64,000 nt of DNA from Octopus sinensis (GCF_006345805.1 NC_043000.1:21638001-21702000); one strand, 5' to 3'; shown: positions 1-13,831, numbered from the stretch's first letter. Notes: generated by a model from the letters alone, not told the origin. Made by a program: numbers and translations.

Positions 1-1400
1 GGACATTTATGCTGACATAGTTGCTATATTAGGGGATAATGGATGGAAGCACTCCATCAGTTCCGACAACGAGTGTTCCAGTTGATCCGATCAACAGAAC
101 AGCCTGCTCGTGGAATTAACGTGCAAGTGGCTGAGCACTCCACAGACACGTGTACCCTTAACGTAGTTCTCGGGGATATTCAGCGTGACACAGAGTGACA
201 AGGCCAGCCCTTTGAAATACAGATACAACAGAAACAGGAAGTAAGAGTGAGAGAAAGTTGTGGTGAAAGAGTACAGCAGGGATCACCACCACCCCCTGCC
301 GGAGCCTCATGGAGCTTTAGGTGTTTTCACTCAATAAACACTCACAACGCCCGGTCTGGGAATCGAAACCACGATCCTACGACCGCGAGTCCGCTGCCCT
401 AACCACTGGGCCATTGCGCCTCCACGATTAGGGGATAATACTCCACCTTTATCAACAGTGCAAAAGTGGACAGCTGAATTTAGGAGAGCAAGAAAGTCTT
501 AAAGATAACTTGTGGTCTGGATGTCCTACAACTGCCACAACTAAGGAAAATATTGACCATATTCACCACATGGCGATGGATGACAGGCAATTGACTATAA
601 ATCAAATAGCCAATGCTATTAGCATATTATGTGAGTATATTCTGCACAATGAGCTTGGCATGGTGAAGGTTCCTGCTCAGTGGGTGCTACATCTGACACC
701 TGATCAAAAGTGCACCAGGCTGTTCTCATCACAAGAAAATCTGACATTGCTTAAGGCAGATCCAGCTGATCTCCAAACATTTCCTAAGCCAGGATGCCAG
801 GATATGTGTTGGCTTCATCACTTTGAGCCAGAGACAAGGAGACATTCCATGCAGTGGAAACACCCCTCCTCACCTGCTTCAAAGAAGGCCAAGATTGTTT
901 CATTTACAGGGAGGGTGTTGGCTTTGGTTTTTGGAGGATGCAAAAGGCATTGTGTTTTTTTTACTATCTTCAAAAAAGCAACACTATCAATGGAGAATAC
1001 TATGCCAACTTGCTGAAGCAGTTACGAAATGTTATCAAGACAAAACATCCAGGAAAACAACTGAAGTTTTGTTGCATTAGGACAATACTCCATCACTCAA
1101 GTCCTTACTTTTAATGGCTGCTGTTTATGACTGGCTTTGAACTGGTTGATCACCTTCCTTATTCTACTGATTTGGCCCCCAGCTGACTATCATCTATTTC
1201 CCAACATTAAAAAATACTTGGCTGTTGATAACTTTTTTTAACCAACAGAATGAAAGCTTTTTCATCAATGGGATCCAAACACTGCAACACCGCTGGAAGA
1301 AGTGTGTGGACTGCAAGGGAAACTATGCTGAAAAATAGACTTCATTTGGTCACGCAAGAATATCTTGGTCAGCCTATGAACTTTTCAGCCAACCCTTGTA
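1..1400 (+). pseudogene. Degenerate mariner (Tc1/mariner) transposase and right TIR, interrupted by a SINE
   Basis: Frameshifted ORFs 510-1114 give mariner motifs QWVLHLTPDQK (WVPHEL-like), WLHHFEPETRRHSMQWKH and TINGEYY. An HLPYSTDLAPADYHLF segment (YSPDLAP-like) lies at ~1150-1200. The element ends AACTTTTCAGCCAACCCTTG-TA. Confidence 0.85.
41..426 (-). mobile_element. tRNA-derived SINE (family A) with 13-bp TSD
   Basis: tRNA-like head with A/B boxes on the - strand. ATTAGGGGATAAT is duplicated at 28-40 and 427-439. Closely matches 15934-16316. Confidence 0.9.
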
Positions 1401-1558
1401 CTATTCCCCGACTTCCTTAGGTATTTTTCTATGTGGCTGCTAATGTTAAAGCTATCTGTGCACTGTGTGTTGCTAATTTTTCGGGGGGGGGGGGTTGTTT
1501 TCTTTCTTCCACTAGTTATTAATTTTTTTATCTCTCTTTTTTTTTTTATTCATTTCAG

Positions 1559-1624
1559 GAAATGGGAAAATGGTTTCTAGAATTTAATGATGAACAGAAA
1601 AATATTTTTCTGAAAGGGTTGTTG
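1559..1624 (+). CDS. F-box/WD40 protein, first visible coding exon (EMGKWFLEFNDEQKNIFLKGLL; D-domain-like)
   Basis: Polypyrimidine tract plus TTTCAG acceptor and GTAAGA donor. Phase 0/0, in frame with the next exon. Confidence 0.8.
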
Positions 1625-2499
1625 GTAAGAGGCTGAACATTTTCTAACAAAATCAACATAATGAACTCTTCTCTGTGTATTTTCATAATTGCTTTCTATT
1701 GATTTGTATTGTAAATTTAAGCATTATGTTTATCCTGTCTATCACTGGTATTTATTTACTCCATTAAATGAACTATCGCAGTAACCACTACATTTTTACA
1801 TAGCTTGTCCTGGATCTGTCAGTCTGCTGCAGTATTCATGGTTTGTAAATAATATTTATGGATCTTGGTCAGAATTTCCAGCCATGATTTTTCAGTTGTT
1901 CATTCGACTGAATGATCAGGATCATTCAATTAACATGAAAGAGGCAGAATATTCCACAGATACCTGTACTCTTAACATAATAAATGCCAGTTGAGCGCTG
2001 GAGTAAATGTAACTACTCCTGAGTAAGAGTATAGAAACTGCACTCCTCCGCCAAGCCATGTTGTGCCAGTGTGGCAAAGTAGGCTCATCAAACCAGTGTG
2101 ATCTCAAATTCACAGGCTCCACATTGGACTATGGTTAGTGGAGAGAACATATTGTGGCCTTCATCCTGTGGTGGACTAAACATAGGCAACCCAATCCGAA
2201 TGGAATTCTAATACAGAAACAGCATATGGTGCGACAAGGTTAGACGTTAGAATTACAGGTACAATCTAAGTGATGAGCTTCTGTACAGTTTCCACCTTCT
2301 CATTTTCACTCAAGATGAAGGTGCATGGCCTTGGAGGTTAGGGTATTGCCCTCATGATCACAAAATCATGGTTTCAATTCCTCGACCAAGCACTATGTTG
2401 TGTTCTTGAGCAAGACACTTCATTTCACATTGCTCCAGTCCACTCAGCTTCAAACAAATAACTCTGTAATTGACTGGTGTCCCGTTCGCGAAATGTTTC

Positions 2500-3135
2500 T
2501 TTCCCACGAGAGTTCTGGACCCCAGTTATGAACTCATTTGCATACAGCCAATCAGAGCTCAATTATTAAACTAGTATCCACCTAGTCACAAAAACACTTT
2601 GGCTGAGTTCAGTGGATAATGTGTGTTATAGCAAAATTTAGCTGTCCTAAACAGGTTAATAGGGGTGACAAATGTGAAATTTAATGTATAAAGTGAATGG
2701 AGAGCTGCTCACCGATGATGCCAGAAGTGTTGCCAATTTGTGTAAATTACTAGAAAATGTAAATGAGGATAGTTTCCTAATTTTTTGACTGATTTTGTAC
2801 ATTCCTAATTTAAGATGTTGGTGTTGATCTGGAAACATCGTAATCAATATGGCGTTGTCGTATTGCGCTCTCCTTGGGTACATGGGTACATACAGTATCA
2901 GTAATCTCAGTCTGTTAGTTACATATAGAGATGGGGCTCAATTGATCTATGAGGATGGTGGGGGGATGTGGTGCTTATGTGAGACCTGCTATGCTGTACT
3001 CAGAGAGTGGCATACACCATTCTATGCCTGACTGATTGTACTGTAGTAGTACACAGTAAGTGGATTTTCAAGGTGAGCTCTGATTGGCTGTATGCAAATG
3101 AATTCATTACTAGGATCCGGAACTCTCATGGGAAA
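2500..3135. mobile_element. MITE-like element with ~60-bp imperfect terminal inverted repeats
   Basis: 2500-2561 (TTTCCCACGAGAGTTCTGGAC...ATTTGCATACAGCCAATCAGAGCTCA) is the reverse complement of 3074-3135. Confidence 0.7.
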
Positions 3136-3924
3136 AAATATTTTGCATTCCATTCAGTAGGTGCGTTGTGGTTTCAGTCACTTACACACCATAGAAAATG
3201 AGTAGCCAGCCCTGTGAGTCCCACGACTCAAGATAGTAAAAACCAGAGATTGATGATGAATTTCAATCACATTTTAAGTCTCTCTGAAGCTATAGAAAAT
3301 GTTTGCCCAAGATGCTGCATAATGGGATCAAACCTGGGACCTTCTGATTGGATAGAAAATCTATTTACCATTCTGCTATATTCATCATCATCATCATCGT
3401 TTAACGTCTGCTTTCCATGGGTTGGACGATTTGACTGAGGACTCGCAAACCAGATGGCTGTACCAGGTTCTAATCTGATCTGGCAGTGTTTCTGCAGCTG
3501 GATGCCCTTCCTAACGCCAACCACTCCGAGAGTGTAGTGGGTGCTTTTACATGCCACCTGCACAAAGAGCACTACTTTAATTCTTATTCATTAATCTTTT
3601 CTCATAAATCAAATTCTTTTGCATGTTTATTTTGTTCTAATATATACATATATAATAGGTGTAGATGGAGCTATGCAGTTAAGACATTTGCCACAGTGTG
3701 GCCCCTTGGGTGAGTGTCTTCTACTATAGTCACAGGCCAGCCAAAGCCTTGTAAGCAGATTGGGTAGATAGAAACTGAAAGAAGCCCATCGTAATGTGTG
3801 CACGCGTCCTTGTCTTGACATTACATGATTGTTGTAAAGGAATATCATTCATTTCCAGAAGTAAAAGGAATATCATTCATTTACAAAAGTAAAAAAATAA
3901 AAGTTTGTGACGGTTTGTGTAGAC

Positions 3925-4304
3925 CAGTGGTTCCCAAAGTGGGCGGATTGTCCCCCTGGAGGTGGTGGAAAGTTCCAAGGGGACGTTGAAGAGAAGTAGG
4001 TTGATAATGGGGTAGTGATTCTTGTAAAAAGTGGGGCAATAATAGGGTAGCGATTTGTGTAAAAAGTGGGGCGATAATGGGGTAGCGATTCGTGTAAAAA
4101 GTGGGGCAATAATGGGGTAGCAATTCGTGTAAAAACAACAAAATAATGGGTTTCTTTAGGTTAAGTTATATTTGTGAAATACAGTTGCTTTGAATTTGCT
4201 TCAGAAAGAAGTCTATGCTTGTGATGGTAATTTTGGGTAGGGGCACTAGGAATGTGCCCTGGGTGCGAAGTGGGTGGAAACCTGAAAAAGTTCGGGAACT
4301 ATTG
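3925..4304. mobile_element. hAT (Charlie-type) MITE with 8-bp TSD and an internal 35-bp minisatellite
   Basis: Ends CAGTGGTTCCCAAA and TTCGGGAACTATTG. GTGTAGAC is duplicated at 3917-3924 and 4305-4312. About 4 x 35-bp repeats at 4004-4136. Confidence 0.88.
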
Positions 4305-5195
4305 GTGTAGACTAATAATTTCAACAAAAAACAAAATGTAGGGTATATTGAATGATGTTATTCATTAGAAAATCCCGTTTTCTCTTCAGGTGGGGCTATA
4401 CACACACTTCACTTGGCTTGATGAAATGTTAAAAATACTAAAATTACAACCATATTAGAAAGGATTTAAAACAGTTTTAAATCCTTTCTAATCACTACCC
4501 CATTATCGCTCTACTTTTTACACAAATCGCTACCCCATTATCGTCCCACTTTTTTAAAATCCTTCCTAAAAGGATTTAAAAGTTTTGTTGTTTACCAGTG
4601 ACTCGAATCCAAAATATGTTGTTTTGTTTTTTTATAGCTTTTGGATATTGGGTTGGGTTCCCTTTAACAATTTTAAGTTAACATTTTATTATTAAGATTA
4701 TGGTAAATCATTAGAAACAGCAGAGTATCAAAATGAATGTTTCTTTTTTTCCCTCTGCATTCTGAATAAGATTTCTTCTTAGATCAATTTTGCCTTTCAT
4801 CTATCTGGTGATGGAGATGATGTTAGTAAAATAAATACCAGTAATATACTGGTTCAATTTGATCAGTGGCTCATTTTCATTTGCCTTATCTCAAAAGAAA
4901 CTGTTAAAGTGTGATGTCAAAATAAAATGGTTGAAAACCCAACTAAATGTATCATACTTCCATATTTTTACTTAAATACATTAAGCATTCAACTTTTCAA
5001 AGTTAAAACATAATCAGACAGTGGAACTGATTAAATGAACACAAAAAATAGTCCTATGAAAAAAGTCAATATTAATATTAATTTGCTGGTCCAATATGAA
5101 TATGAGCTTCATGCCTGACACAAATGAGACCACCAAAAGCTGCAATAGGAAAAGGGTTTAAAGGAATAAATCATACCACATCATGCAAGTTAATA

Positions 5196-5428
5196 AGCGG
5201 TGAGCTGGCAGAAACATTAGCACACCAGGTGAAATGCTTAGCGGTATTTCATCTGTCATTACATTCTGAGTTCAAATTCCGCTGAGGTCAACTTTGCCTT
5301 TCATCCTTTTGGGGTCAATAAATTAAGTACCAGTTACGTACTCAGGTCGATGTAATTGACTTAATCCCTTTGTCTGTCCTTGTTTGTCCCCTCTATGTTT
5401 AGCCCCTTGTGGGTAATTAATAAATAGG
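5196..5428 (+). mobile_element. tRNA-derived SINE (family B; Deu/Nin-like central domain)
   Basis: Head GGTGAGCTGGCAGAA...GAGTTCAAATTCC and body GCCTTTCATCCTTT(C)GGGGTC(G)ATAAATTAAGTACCAG. Further copies at ~7655-7870, 11222-11430, 11850-12068 and 32762-32968 (+), and 29420-29772 and 39636-39738 (-). Confidence 0.8.
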
Positions 5429-5851
5429 AAGTGTTTGGACCTTAAATAGAGGGATCTATTCATAAAATATTTTGCCATCTCCACTCAATGCTGATACAAG
5501 CAGCAGTAAACCTGGAACTTATTCTGGGAGACATAGTGTAGGAGCACAAAGGATGCATGTCCTAGGACCCCAAAGGGAACAAGCATAGTGATTGATAACT
5601 GGAAAGTGTAAGGACAGTTGCTTCTGATAGGATCCTATGGAGGAGGTGCCTAAGGACTCAATCCCCACAACTGTCCCAGAAATAGTAAACAGAGAAAATG
5701 GAAAGATAGATTTAATATCTTCATATTGAGCCCAAATTTTTATCTGAATAATTTATATAAACAGTTGTAGAAATATTCACAAATTGTTTGTTTTAACATT
5801 CCATATGATTTGTGTCTCTAATAAAATGTTTCACTTTCATTTTAAATCTAG

Positions 5852-5996
5852 AAAGGTTGTGAGTTACCTCAGTTACATTTGCTTTCTGTGAAAATGGAGC
5901 CTAATTTGCATCGAGGCTGTCCTCCAAATTGCCAAGATATCATTACTTGGTTACCAACTAATTTAGCCACTAAAATCATGTCATTTCTAGATCCTG
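5852..5996 (+). CDS. F-box/WD40 exon 2 (KGCELPQLHLL...CQDIITWLPTNLATKIMSFLDP; F-box start)
   Basis: AG/GTGAGT boundaries; F-box motif LP..LA.KI.SFLD; ends in phase 1. Confidence 0.93.
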
Positions 5997-6799
5997 GTGA
6001 GTAATTTGTTTTTTTCCTTTTTTTTTTTTGTTTACTGTATTACAATCATTGAATACTTCAAATTCACTTCCGTAAGACAATCGAAAATATTTTTCTGTCC
6101 CCTGATTTTCACACCTGTAGGGATGAGTTTGACAACCCCACACCCTCCCCTCTCTGCCAGTCCATACAAATATAAATTATCTAACACTTTTTTTGTACTT
6201 TCCACAAATTAGGTGGTTAGTGGAAAGATTGATTTTGTACTTGATAACCTCACTAGTTGATATTCTGGTTATACCCATATCCTGTTGCAATTATGCTCAA
6301 CTGCTTTAGTCACTGACACAAGCATTTAATGCTTTCCCATTAAATATTATCCCCCACTTTTGTGCTAACAGTTATCCCCACCTTAGAACCACTTCACTTG
6401 TCACCTATCCCACATTCTCAACATCATTCTTTACCACTCAATTTTCCACTGAACACTCCTTTTCCCATGAACATGATCTCATCTACCACTGATGCCCTTT
6501 TTCATCACTAATTCTATCCACTCTATGTACCTCTGACCTCCATCTTTGGCACTGTGTCTTCTCTCTCTCTCTTCACACTTCACACCATTTCTCTATTATT
6601 TATCTACAGTTTTATTATGTGGATCTCTACCCTGAACCCCTTTTTATGTACTACCACCTACCACCACCGTCCTGATCTTCCCTAAATTGAAATTCACCAG
6701 TGACCATGCCGCCACCCATGTTCACCATTCACTGTATTCATCTCTATCTGTCACTTTCATGAACCTACCCACGCAACCACCTCAATTTTCTGATGCTAC

Positions 6800-6940
6800 A
6801 TAAAAAGCACTGGTTATGGTGCCACATAGAAAGCACAGGTGACAGTGCCGCGTAAAAAGCACTGGTGACGGTGCCATGTAAAAAGCACTGGTGACGGTGC
6901 CATGTAAAAAGCACTGGCGACGGTGCCACATGTAAAAAGC
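6800..6940 (+). repeat. ~26-bp minisatellite (about 5 copies) in an RTE-3'UTR-derived repeat
   Basis: TAAAAAGCACTGGTGACGGTGCCATG units, followed by the common tail ...AAGGCATCCAGCTGTAGAAAC. Confidence 0.8.
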
Positions 6941-8305
6941 ACCCAGTACACTCAGTGAAGTGGTTGACATTTGAAAAGGCATCCAGCTGTAGAAACCAAG
7001 CCAATACAGACTATGGAACCAGTGCGGCTCCTGTCAAACCATCCATCCATGCCAGCATGGAAAATGAATGTTAAAAGATAATTTTATCTTTATGCATCTT
7101 GTACCTTGGGAATATGCCCTGACACCTCATCTCCACCAGCCTTTCTCCTTTTCCTGCTTGGGCACCCATGTATCTCCTCTACATTAAGACACCTGTTCCC
7201 TGTCTCTCTATTCTATTTTGACCCTTCAGCACCTGTCACAAAACCAATACTCACTATACTACACCACATTCTGTCAAGGGGTTTTGTCTGTGAATAACTT
7301 GGTCACCTTACCGGTACCAATGCTACATAAAAAATGCCTTCAGTACTCTGTGAAGTGGTTAGGAAGGACGTCCAGCCATAGAAACCATGTCAAGGCAGAC
7401 ATTGGAGCTCAATACATCCCTTGGATACATTGGATCCTGTCCAACCCATGCCAGCATGGAATTCCTTACTGGTATTGCTTGAATTGGTCACAGTGTGGTA
7501 TTTTTTTTTGTGTGTGTGTGTTAATGTACTTAATCATACTAATAAGATTTTCTAGATTTGCAAAATAAACTTTGACTTTTTTGGTTTTTTAAGCTTTAAA
7601 GTTTCTGTGACCAGTTTTATATACATTATTCTTGGTATTGTTTCGTTTGTTCCAAAGGCGGCGATCTGAGAGAATCGTTAGCATGTCGGGCAAAATGTTT
7701 GGTGGCATTTTGTTCAATTTTTACATTCTAGTTCAAATTCCACCCACATCCACTTTGCCTTGCATCATTTTCAGAGTCAATAAAATAAGTACCAGTTGCC
7801 CACTGGGATCAATGTAATCAATTTAACCCCTCTCTTGAAAGTGCTGACATTGTGCCAAAATTTGAAACCAGTATTTTGTTGATTCCTGTTTGTCTATCTA
7901 CAATGTCGCGAAGGAGTTGGAGAAATCAGTATTTAGCTTTAGCTTCTGAGCACAAGGTTGATGCGAGATAAATCTCTTCCTGGACAAATGTCTGTTGCAA
8001 GGGTTGTTCTCAACTCAAAAGATCTAATTCAGTTAAGGCATGCCGAATTTTAAGTATCCTGGTCAGGAAAACAACAAAATACCTTCAGTGGATTTGAATT
8101 CAAAACCATAAACACTGGCACTCCTGATATATTTTCACTTACATCCCTTCTCATTGCTCATTGCATATCCACGTTTCCATTTTTATGACATTTTGATGCC
8201 TCTGTTTCCTCACCACTTCTTTCATCATCTTTTTATGTGGAAGTGCTTTCCATGTTGTCTTTAGTTGGACACTTTGATAGAATCTGACAAACTTGAAGAC
8301 CCCCA

Positions 8306-8637
8306 CCTCCCATTTACATATTTACAAAGTAAGAAAACAGCACAGCTCCCATGACTTCAGGAAACATTTTTTCACGCTGAGAGTTGCTGAAGCATGGAAC
8401 AAACTGCCGGCATCAGTTGTTAGTTGTCGGAGCACTGCATCCTTCAAAACTTCCATGCTTCCTGAGATTCGCCAACACTACACTTAGTTTTCTCCCCTCC
8501 ATACACACACAAGCATGTATCTGACTCATACATTGTTCGCTTTCCAGACATTTCTACATTACTGCATGTACTTTATATGCACTTTCTGACAAGTTGTGGT
8601 GCACCTGAGCACTGTATACAATAATTTAATTATTATT
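8306..8637 (+). mobile_element. 5'-truncated CR1-type LINE 3' end
   Basis: HIYKVRKQHSSHDFRKHFFTLRVAEAWNKLP...QHYT plus 3'UTR, nearly identical to the end of the 26.2-27.7 kb element. Another copy lies at 38127-38332. Confidence 0.9.
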
Positions 8638-9073
8638 GTACTTGAGTGTCTCAGTATTGACATGATTTCTACAACTGAATGCCCTTGCTTATGCCAACCA
8701 CTTCATGGAGTTTTTTTGGGGGGTTTTTTCTTTCATCAGCACTAGTAAGATCAACTTATGCATGACTAAAGATCTCTCACAACTAAAGAGAATAGGAGAG
8801 AGAGAAAGAGAGACTGGGATAATTTTAAGCAAGGTGATGATAAAGGGTTGGGTATAATAAGAACAACCTACATGAGCACCCTTTGTTCATATAGGAGGGT
8901 GAAGAGAGTAAGAGAGTAGATACTGTTGGAGAAGGATTTTATGGATTACATTTAATGAGTTTTAATAAATTTTAATGAGTGGTAAATGCCTGAGTTTTGA
9001 TAATTTTTTTTAAAAATATTTTTGTGTTGTAATATAATTTCATAGGATGAAAATAGAAATTTCTTTGTTACAG

Positions 9074-9234
9074 TGACTCTATGCCGTTCTTCACAAGTTT
9101 GCAAAATTTGGCGCCGAATTGGTGAGGATCCTACTTTCTGGCGTCGGTTTTGTTGCCAGCCAAAATGGCAACTGTCTAAATTGGCAGAACATAAGCAAGT
9201 GATCAATCATATGTCCCCTGAAGGTTGCATTCAG
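9074..9234 (+). CDS. F-box/WD40 exon 3 (VTLCRSSQVCKIWRRIGEDPTFWRRFC...)
   Basis: CAG/GTAAAT boundaries; second half of the F-box (VCK.W); phase 1 to 0. Confidence 0.95.
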
Positions 9235-10463
9235 GTAAATGGTAAACTCTTACTAAAACTTATACAAAAAAAATAATTACCAAACAGCTTTTGTATCTCA
9301 GGAGGTTCCTTATGCCAAGAATAAACACACACATTGATTCTATTTTACTTCGTTTGTTTTGATATTTGAAGAAAACTAATTGAATTTTTTTTTAATTGAA
9401 CTTTTACGATAATTGTAAAACCATAAACTATTAGTTACAGCTGTTCTTATATTATTTTTACATAAAGTAATTTTCTATGTAAAATATAGTTCTACATTAA
9501 AATTATGTTTTGTTACTAAAAAAATATTATTTAACCATTTAAACTCATTTGACCAATTAACTCATTTTAATTTAATGCTGTTTCAATTGCATGTACTGAG
9601 TTTCTTTTATCCCAGCAAGCTTTCAGCAGTATCAGTGAAAGTATTATTCACTGTTCACTGTATATCATCATCATAGATCTGTTTTCCATGATGGCATGAG
9701 CTGGATGATTTGACTGGAGCTGGTAAGACCAGGAGCCACACCAGGCTCCATTGTCTGTTCTGGAATGGTTTCTACAGTTGGATGCCCTTCCTAACACCAA
9801 CCACTCCACAGAATGTACTGAGTGCTTTTAACATGGCACCAGCACAAGCAGAGGAGGAATTTCATTTAGGCTTACAACAATCAGGTACACACCATTGACA
9901 AAGCTTCAAAAGGCCAAAATACATCTGACATTCTTGTGAGTCACTGCTGGGATGATGTTCACCACATTCCAATATATATTGTATTTTAAACACGTATCTA
10001 TGAAGAGATTTTATCTCAGAGAAAACCACCGCATCATGCCTTTCACTGGTGTATATACATTAGGTATAGGACACAGGTGGCTGTTTCCATATTACTATAT
10101 TAGCCTACAAAAATGTCTAGTTAGGAAATTTAGCAATATGACTAAAGATTTACCATATATTCTATTTCTGTCTCTGCTTTCGAATTGTGCTCTTAGATAA
10201 AATACAATTGTCCATTTAATTTAGTTCTACAGAAGCTGAAAATTGCCATTATTCTCATTTCAAAAGCCTACATTTTTAAACTTCTGTGACGGGGAAGCTT
10301 GAAAAAGTGAATACATAAAAAAATTTAGCTGGTTTTTTTTTGGGGGGGGGGGTTCTGATGAATTTCCAATTGAGTAATGTACATAACTGTGGATCATTGG
10401 AATTATTTAACTTTTTGCAATTATTCTCTACTGTCCTGAACTTGTTGTTTCTAATTCTTTCAG

Positions 10464-10554
10464 TGGAAGAGAGTTTTTGCTGAGCGGTTTCGATTGCGAA
10501 ATAACTGGTTAAAAGGGCGTTGCACAGTCAGGACTTTTGAGGGACACACTCAAG
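10464..10554 (+). CDS. F-box/WD40 exon 4 (WKRVFAERFRLRNNWLKGRCTVRTFEGHTQ)
   Basis: CAG/GTAAAT boundaries; linker helix WK..F..R..L..NW..G typical of Fbw proteins. Confidence 0.95.
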
Positions 10555-12761
10555 GTAAATAACTGTTGAATTTTTAAACCTTCATTGTCTTGCTCAGATT
10601 GAGCAAACCTATGGTCAAAGGCATTCCAGCAGTGACCACCCTATGTACATTGTCCAATGTGAATGCCTTGCTCCTGCTTCAAGATGGTAGGACGTGATTT
10701 TAAAAAACTGGACTGCTATCTTAGTAGATCAAGCAATTACACAGAGGCTCCTTATTGGTTCAGACTTGTTTGAGTCTAGCATTGTTAATTACATGTGATT
10801 TTAGCACTTTTAATTATATGTACGTATGTAACACCCTTAATTACACGTCTTTAGCACTCTTAAGTACACCTGTGGCTTTAGCACCTTTGCTTATACATAC
10901 CTTAACACCCTTAATTACATATAAAGCTTTATTACCCTTAATTACACATATCTAATAGGCTCTGTGGTTAAGAAGTTTACTTCCTTTCCACATGGTTTCA
11001 GGTTCAGTCCTACTGTTTGGCACTTTGGGCAAGTGTTGTTGTCTTTTTTTCTATAGCCCCAGGCCAACCAAAGCATTGAAAGTAGATTTTGTAGATAGAA
11101 ACTGAAAGAAGCCTGGTATTGAGGAAATGTCACCTTGCTTGGAAAGGGGTGATGGTTGGTGACAGGAAGGCCATAGAAAACCCGCTTTAATAAACTTTGT
11201 GCAAGCATGGCAAAGTGAATAAGGCAGTGAGCTGGCAGAAACGTTAGCACACCGGGCGAAATGCTTAGTGGTATTTCGTCTGTCTCTACATTGTGAGTTC
11301 AAATTCTGCCAAAGTCAACTTTGCCTTTCATCCTTTCAGGGTCGATAAATTAGGTACCAGTTGCATATTGGAGTCAATCTAACCAACTGGGCCCCTCCCC
11401 CAAAATTTAAGGCCTTCTGCCCAGAGTAAAAAATCATGGAAAAGTGAATGTTAAACAATGATGATGATAGCTATAGCAGCCTTAATTAGACTTATGGTTT
11501 TAGTACAATGATTACGTGTATGTCTTATAGCAGTTTCAGTCATATGTATGTCTTCATAATGATTTGTAACATAGACACATGGCCAACAATTCCTTGTGGA
11601 TGTTGACTAAATTTCAATTCACTACTTGACTGTTACTTTATTTTATCAACTCCAGAAAAATGTAAACTAAGGTTAACTTCAGCAGGAGTTGAACTCGTGA
11701 CAAGGTGTGACCACTAAGCACCAAATGGCATTGTATCCGCTTCTATATAGATTCTGCCGAATCCAATCCCTTTTATGTCTTCACATCTATTAAAAAGATG
11801 ATCTTGGCACAAGTGTGGCTGTTAGGTGCAGACAGATATGGTTTTGTGCAAGGTGGCGAGCTGGCAGTCGTTAGCACGCCGGGCGAAATGCGTAGCCGTA
11901 TTTCGTCTGCCATTACACTCTGAGTTCAAATTACGCCAAGGTCGACTTTGCCTGTCATCCTTTCGGGGTCGATAAATTAAGTACCAGTTATGCACTGGGG
12001 TCGATGTAATCGACTTAATCCATTTGTCTACTCTATGTTTAGCTCCTTGTGGGTAGTAAAGAAATAGATATGGTTTTGTGGTTAAGAAGTTTAGTTCCCA
12101 ATCATGCAGCCTTTTGTGTTCAGTGGCACCTTGGGCAAGTATATTTGCAACTATCGTGTGATATTTATTACAGGGAGCACACATACAGGTTTCTTTCAAT
12201 TTATATCAAATCAAAATCCACTTAATTGTAGTTGTGGCTGATGCCAGTGTCATGCCACCAGAATAGGTACCAGTCAGATGGCACTGGCTTCGGCCACAAC
12301 TACGATTTCACTTGGCTCGACAGGTCTTCACAAGCACTGCATATCACCCAACGATTGAAGGGTACTTTAAACGGGCCAGTTACACGACACTGGTATCGGC
12401 CACAACTACTATTAAGTGAATTTGATTTGACAGAAATTGGAAGAAGCCTCTGTCTGTCTGTTTCTGTGTTTGTTTGTTTGCTTGTGTGTACCCGGTAATA
12501 AATATCACACAATGGTTGCAAATGAGCATCATTGTCATACAGATGATGTTTGTTTCCTGTATTCTGTGAAGAACATTCCTGGCCATGAGGAAATGTTGTC
12601 TTGCTGGGAAATAAATGAGGGTTGGTGACAGGAAGAACATCCAGCTATAGAAAATCTGCCTCAGCAAACTTTATCTGACCCATAAAATAATGGTGTATGC
12701 TTTCATTTTAAAAATGCTTTTGTTTTATCTCAGCCTCTGCTTTATTGATTTTTTTTTATAG

Positions 12762-12826
12762 GTATTTCTTGTATTCAGTTTGATGATACACGAATCGTTA
12801 GTGGATCGTCAGACAAAACTATTCGG
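12762..12826 (+). CDS. F-box/WD40 exon 5 (GISCIQFDDTRIVSGSSDKTIR)
   Basis: TAG/GTATGT boundaries; WD40 repeat 1. Confidence 0.95.
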
Positions 12827-13115
12827 GTATGTTATATCTTAATTATCATTTTGGTTTCTTCTCCACATATTATTCTACTTCAGCTCTTGAATGTTGCATG
12901 TATTAAATATTAATTTCCACTGGCGTTAGGAGAGGCACCTAACTATAAAAATCATACCAAAACAGACAGTGGCTGCGTGGTAAGTAGCTTGCTTACAAAC
13001 CACATGGTTCCAGGTTCAGTCCCACTGTGTGGCACCTTGGGCAAGTGTCTTCTACTATAGCCTCGGGCTGACCAAAGCCTTGAGTGGATTTGCTAGACGG
13101 AAACTGAAAGAAGCC

Positions 13116-13155
<40 letters not shown>

Positions 13156-13297
13156 AATATAAGAGAGTGGTCACTATATGGCTCACTCTAGCACCAGTTA
13201 ATCAAAAGGTTTCAACCACGAAAATACATGCTTCCCATGAAAGTCAGTACGATTGTTAGCTCACACGGACAGGGCAAATAAAAAATAACAAAAATAC

Positions 13298-13392
13298 AGA
13301 TTATTTTGGGACAATTGTTTCGCTATTAATGAATTAAATGTAATTTTACTTACAAAAAAAATCCATTTGTAGCTCGTCAGCCAAAACTATCT
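13298..13392 (-). ncRNA. Type I hammerhead ribozyme
   Basis: Reverse complement of the 14683-14777 motif (TCGTCAG at 13374-13380; GAC at 13310-13312). Confidence 0.85.
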
Positions 13393-13831
13393 AGATGAAA
13401 TCCACTCAATCACACGCCAGATTTACCATAACGATAAATACGCGTGTGGTTCAATTGATTACATCCGACGTTATAATTCAAATGCCCCAACTAACAGCGC
13501 GCCAAACTTTCACGGAAAACAAATACAGCATTTAGAAATAAATGCAGCATAATTATAATTAATTAATAAGGGTGAGAGAATTAGATACTAATTTAATAGT
13601 ATATCTATTCAACACCAAGTGGCTAGTGCTCCGAGAAACCTGGATTATTATAATATTTTATAACATATTATAATATTTTTACAAAATAAATATAAGAGAG
13701 TGGTCACTATATGGCTCACTCTAGCACCAGTTAATCCAAAAGGTTTCAACCACGAAAATACATGCTTCCCATGAAGTCAGTACGATTGTTAGCTCACACG
13801 GACAGGGCAAATAAAAAATAACAAATAATAC

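Noticed and set aside
6800-6940. CRISPR-like short repeats (also the 63-bp repeats at 44690-44880)
   Set aside because: No unique spacers and no cas genes; eukaryotic retroelement-derived tandem repeats.
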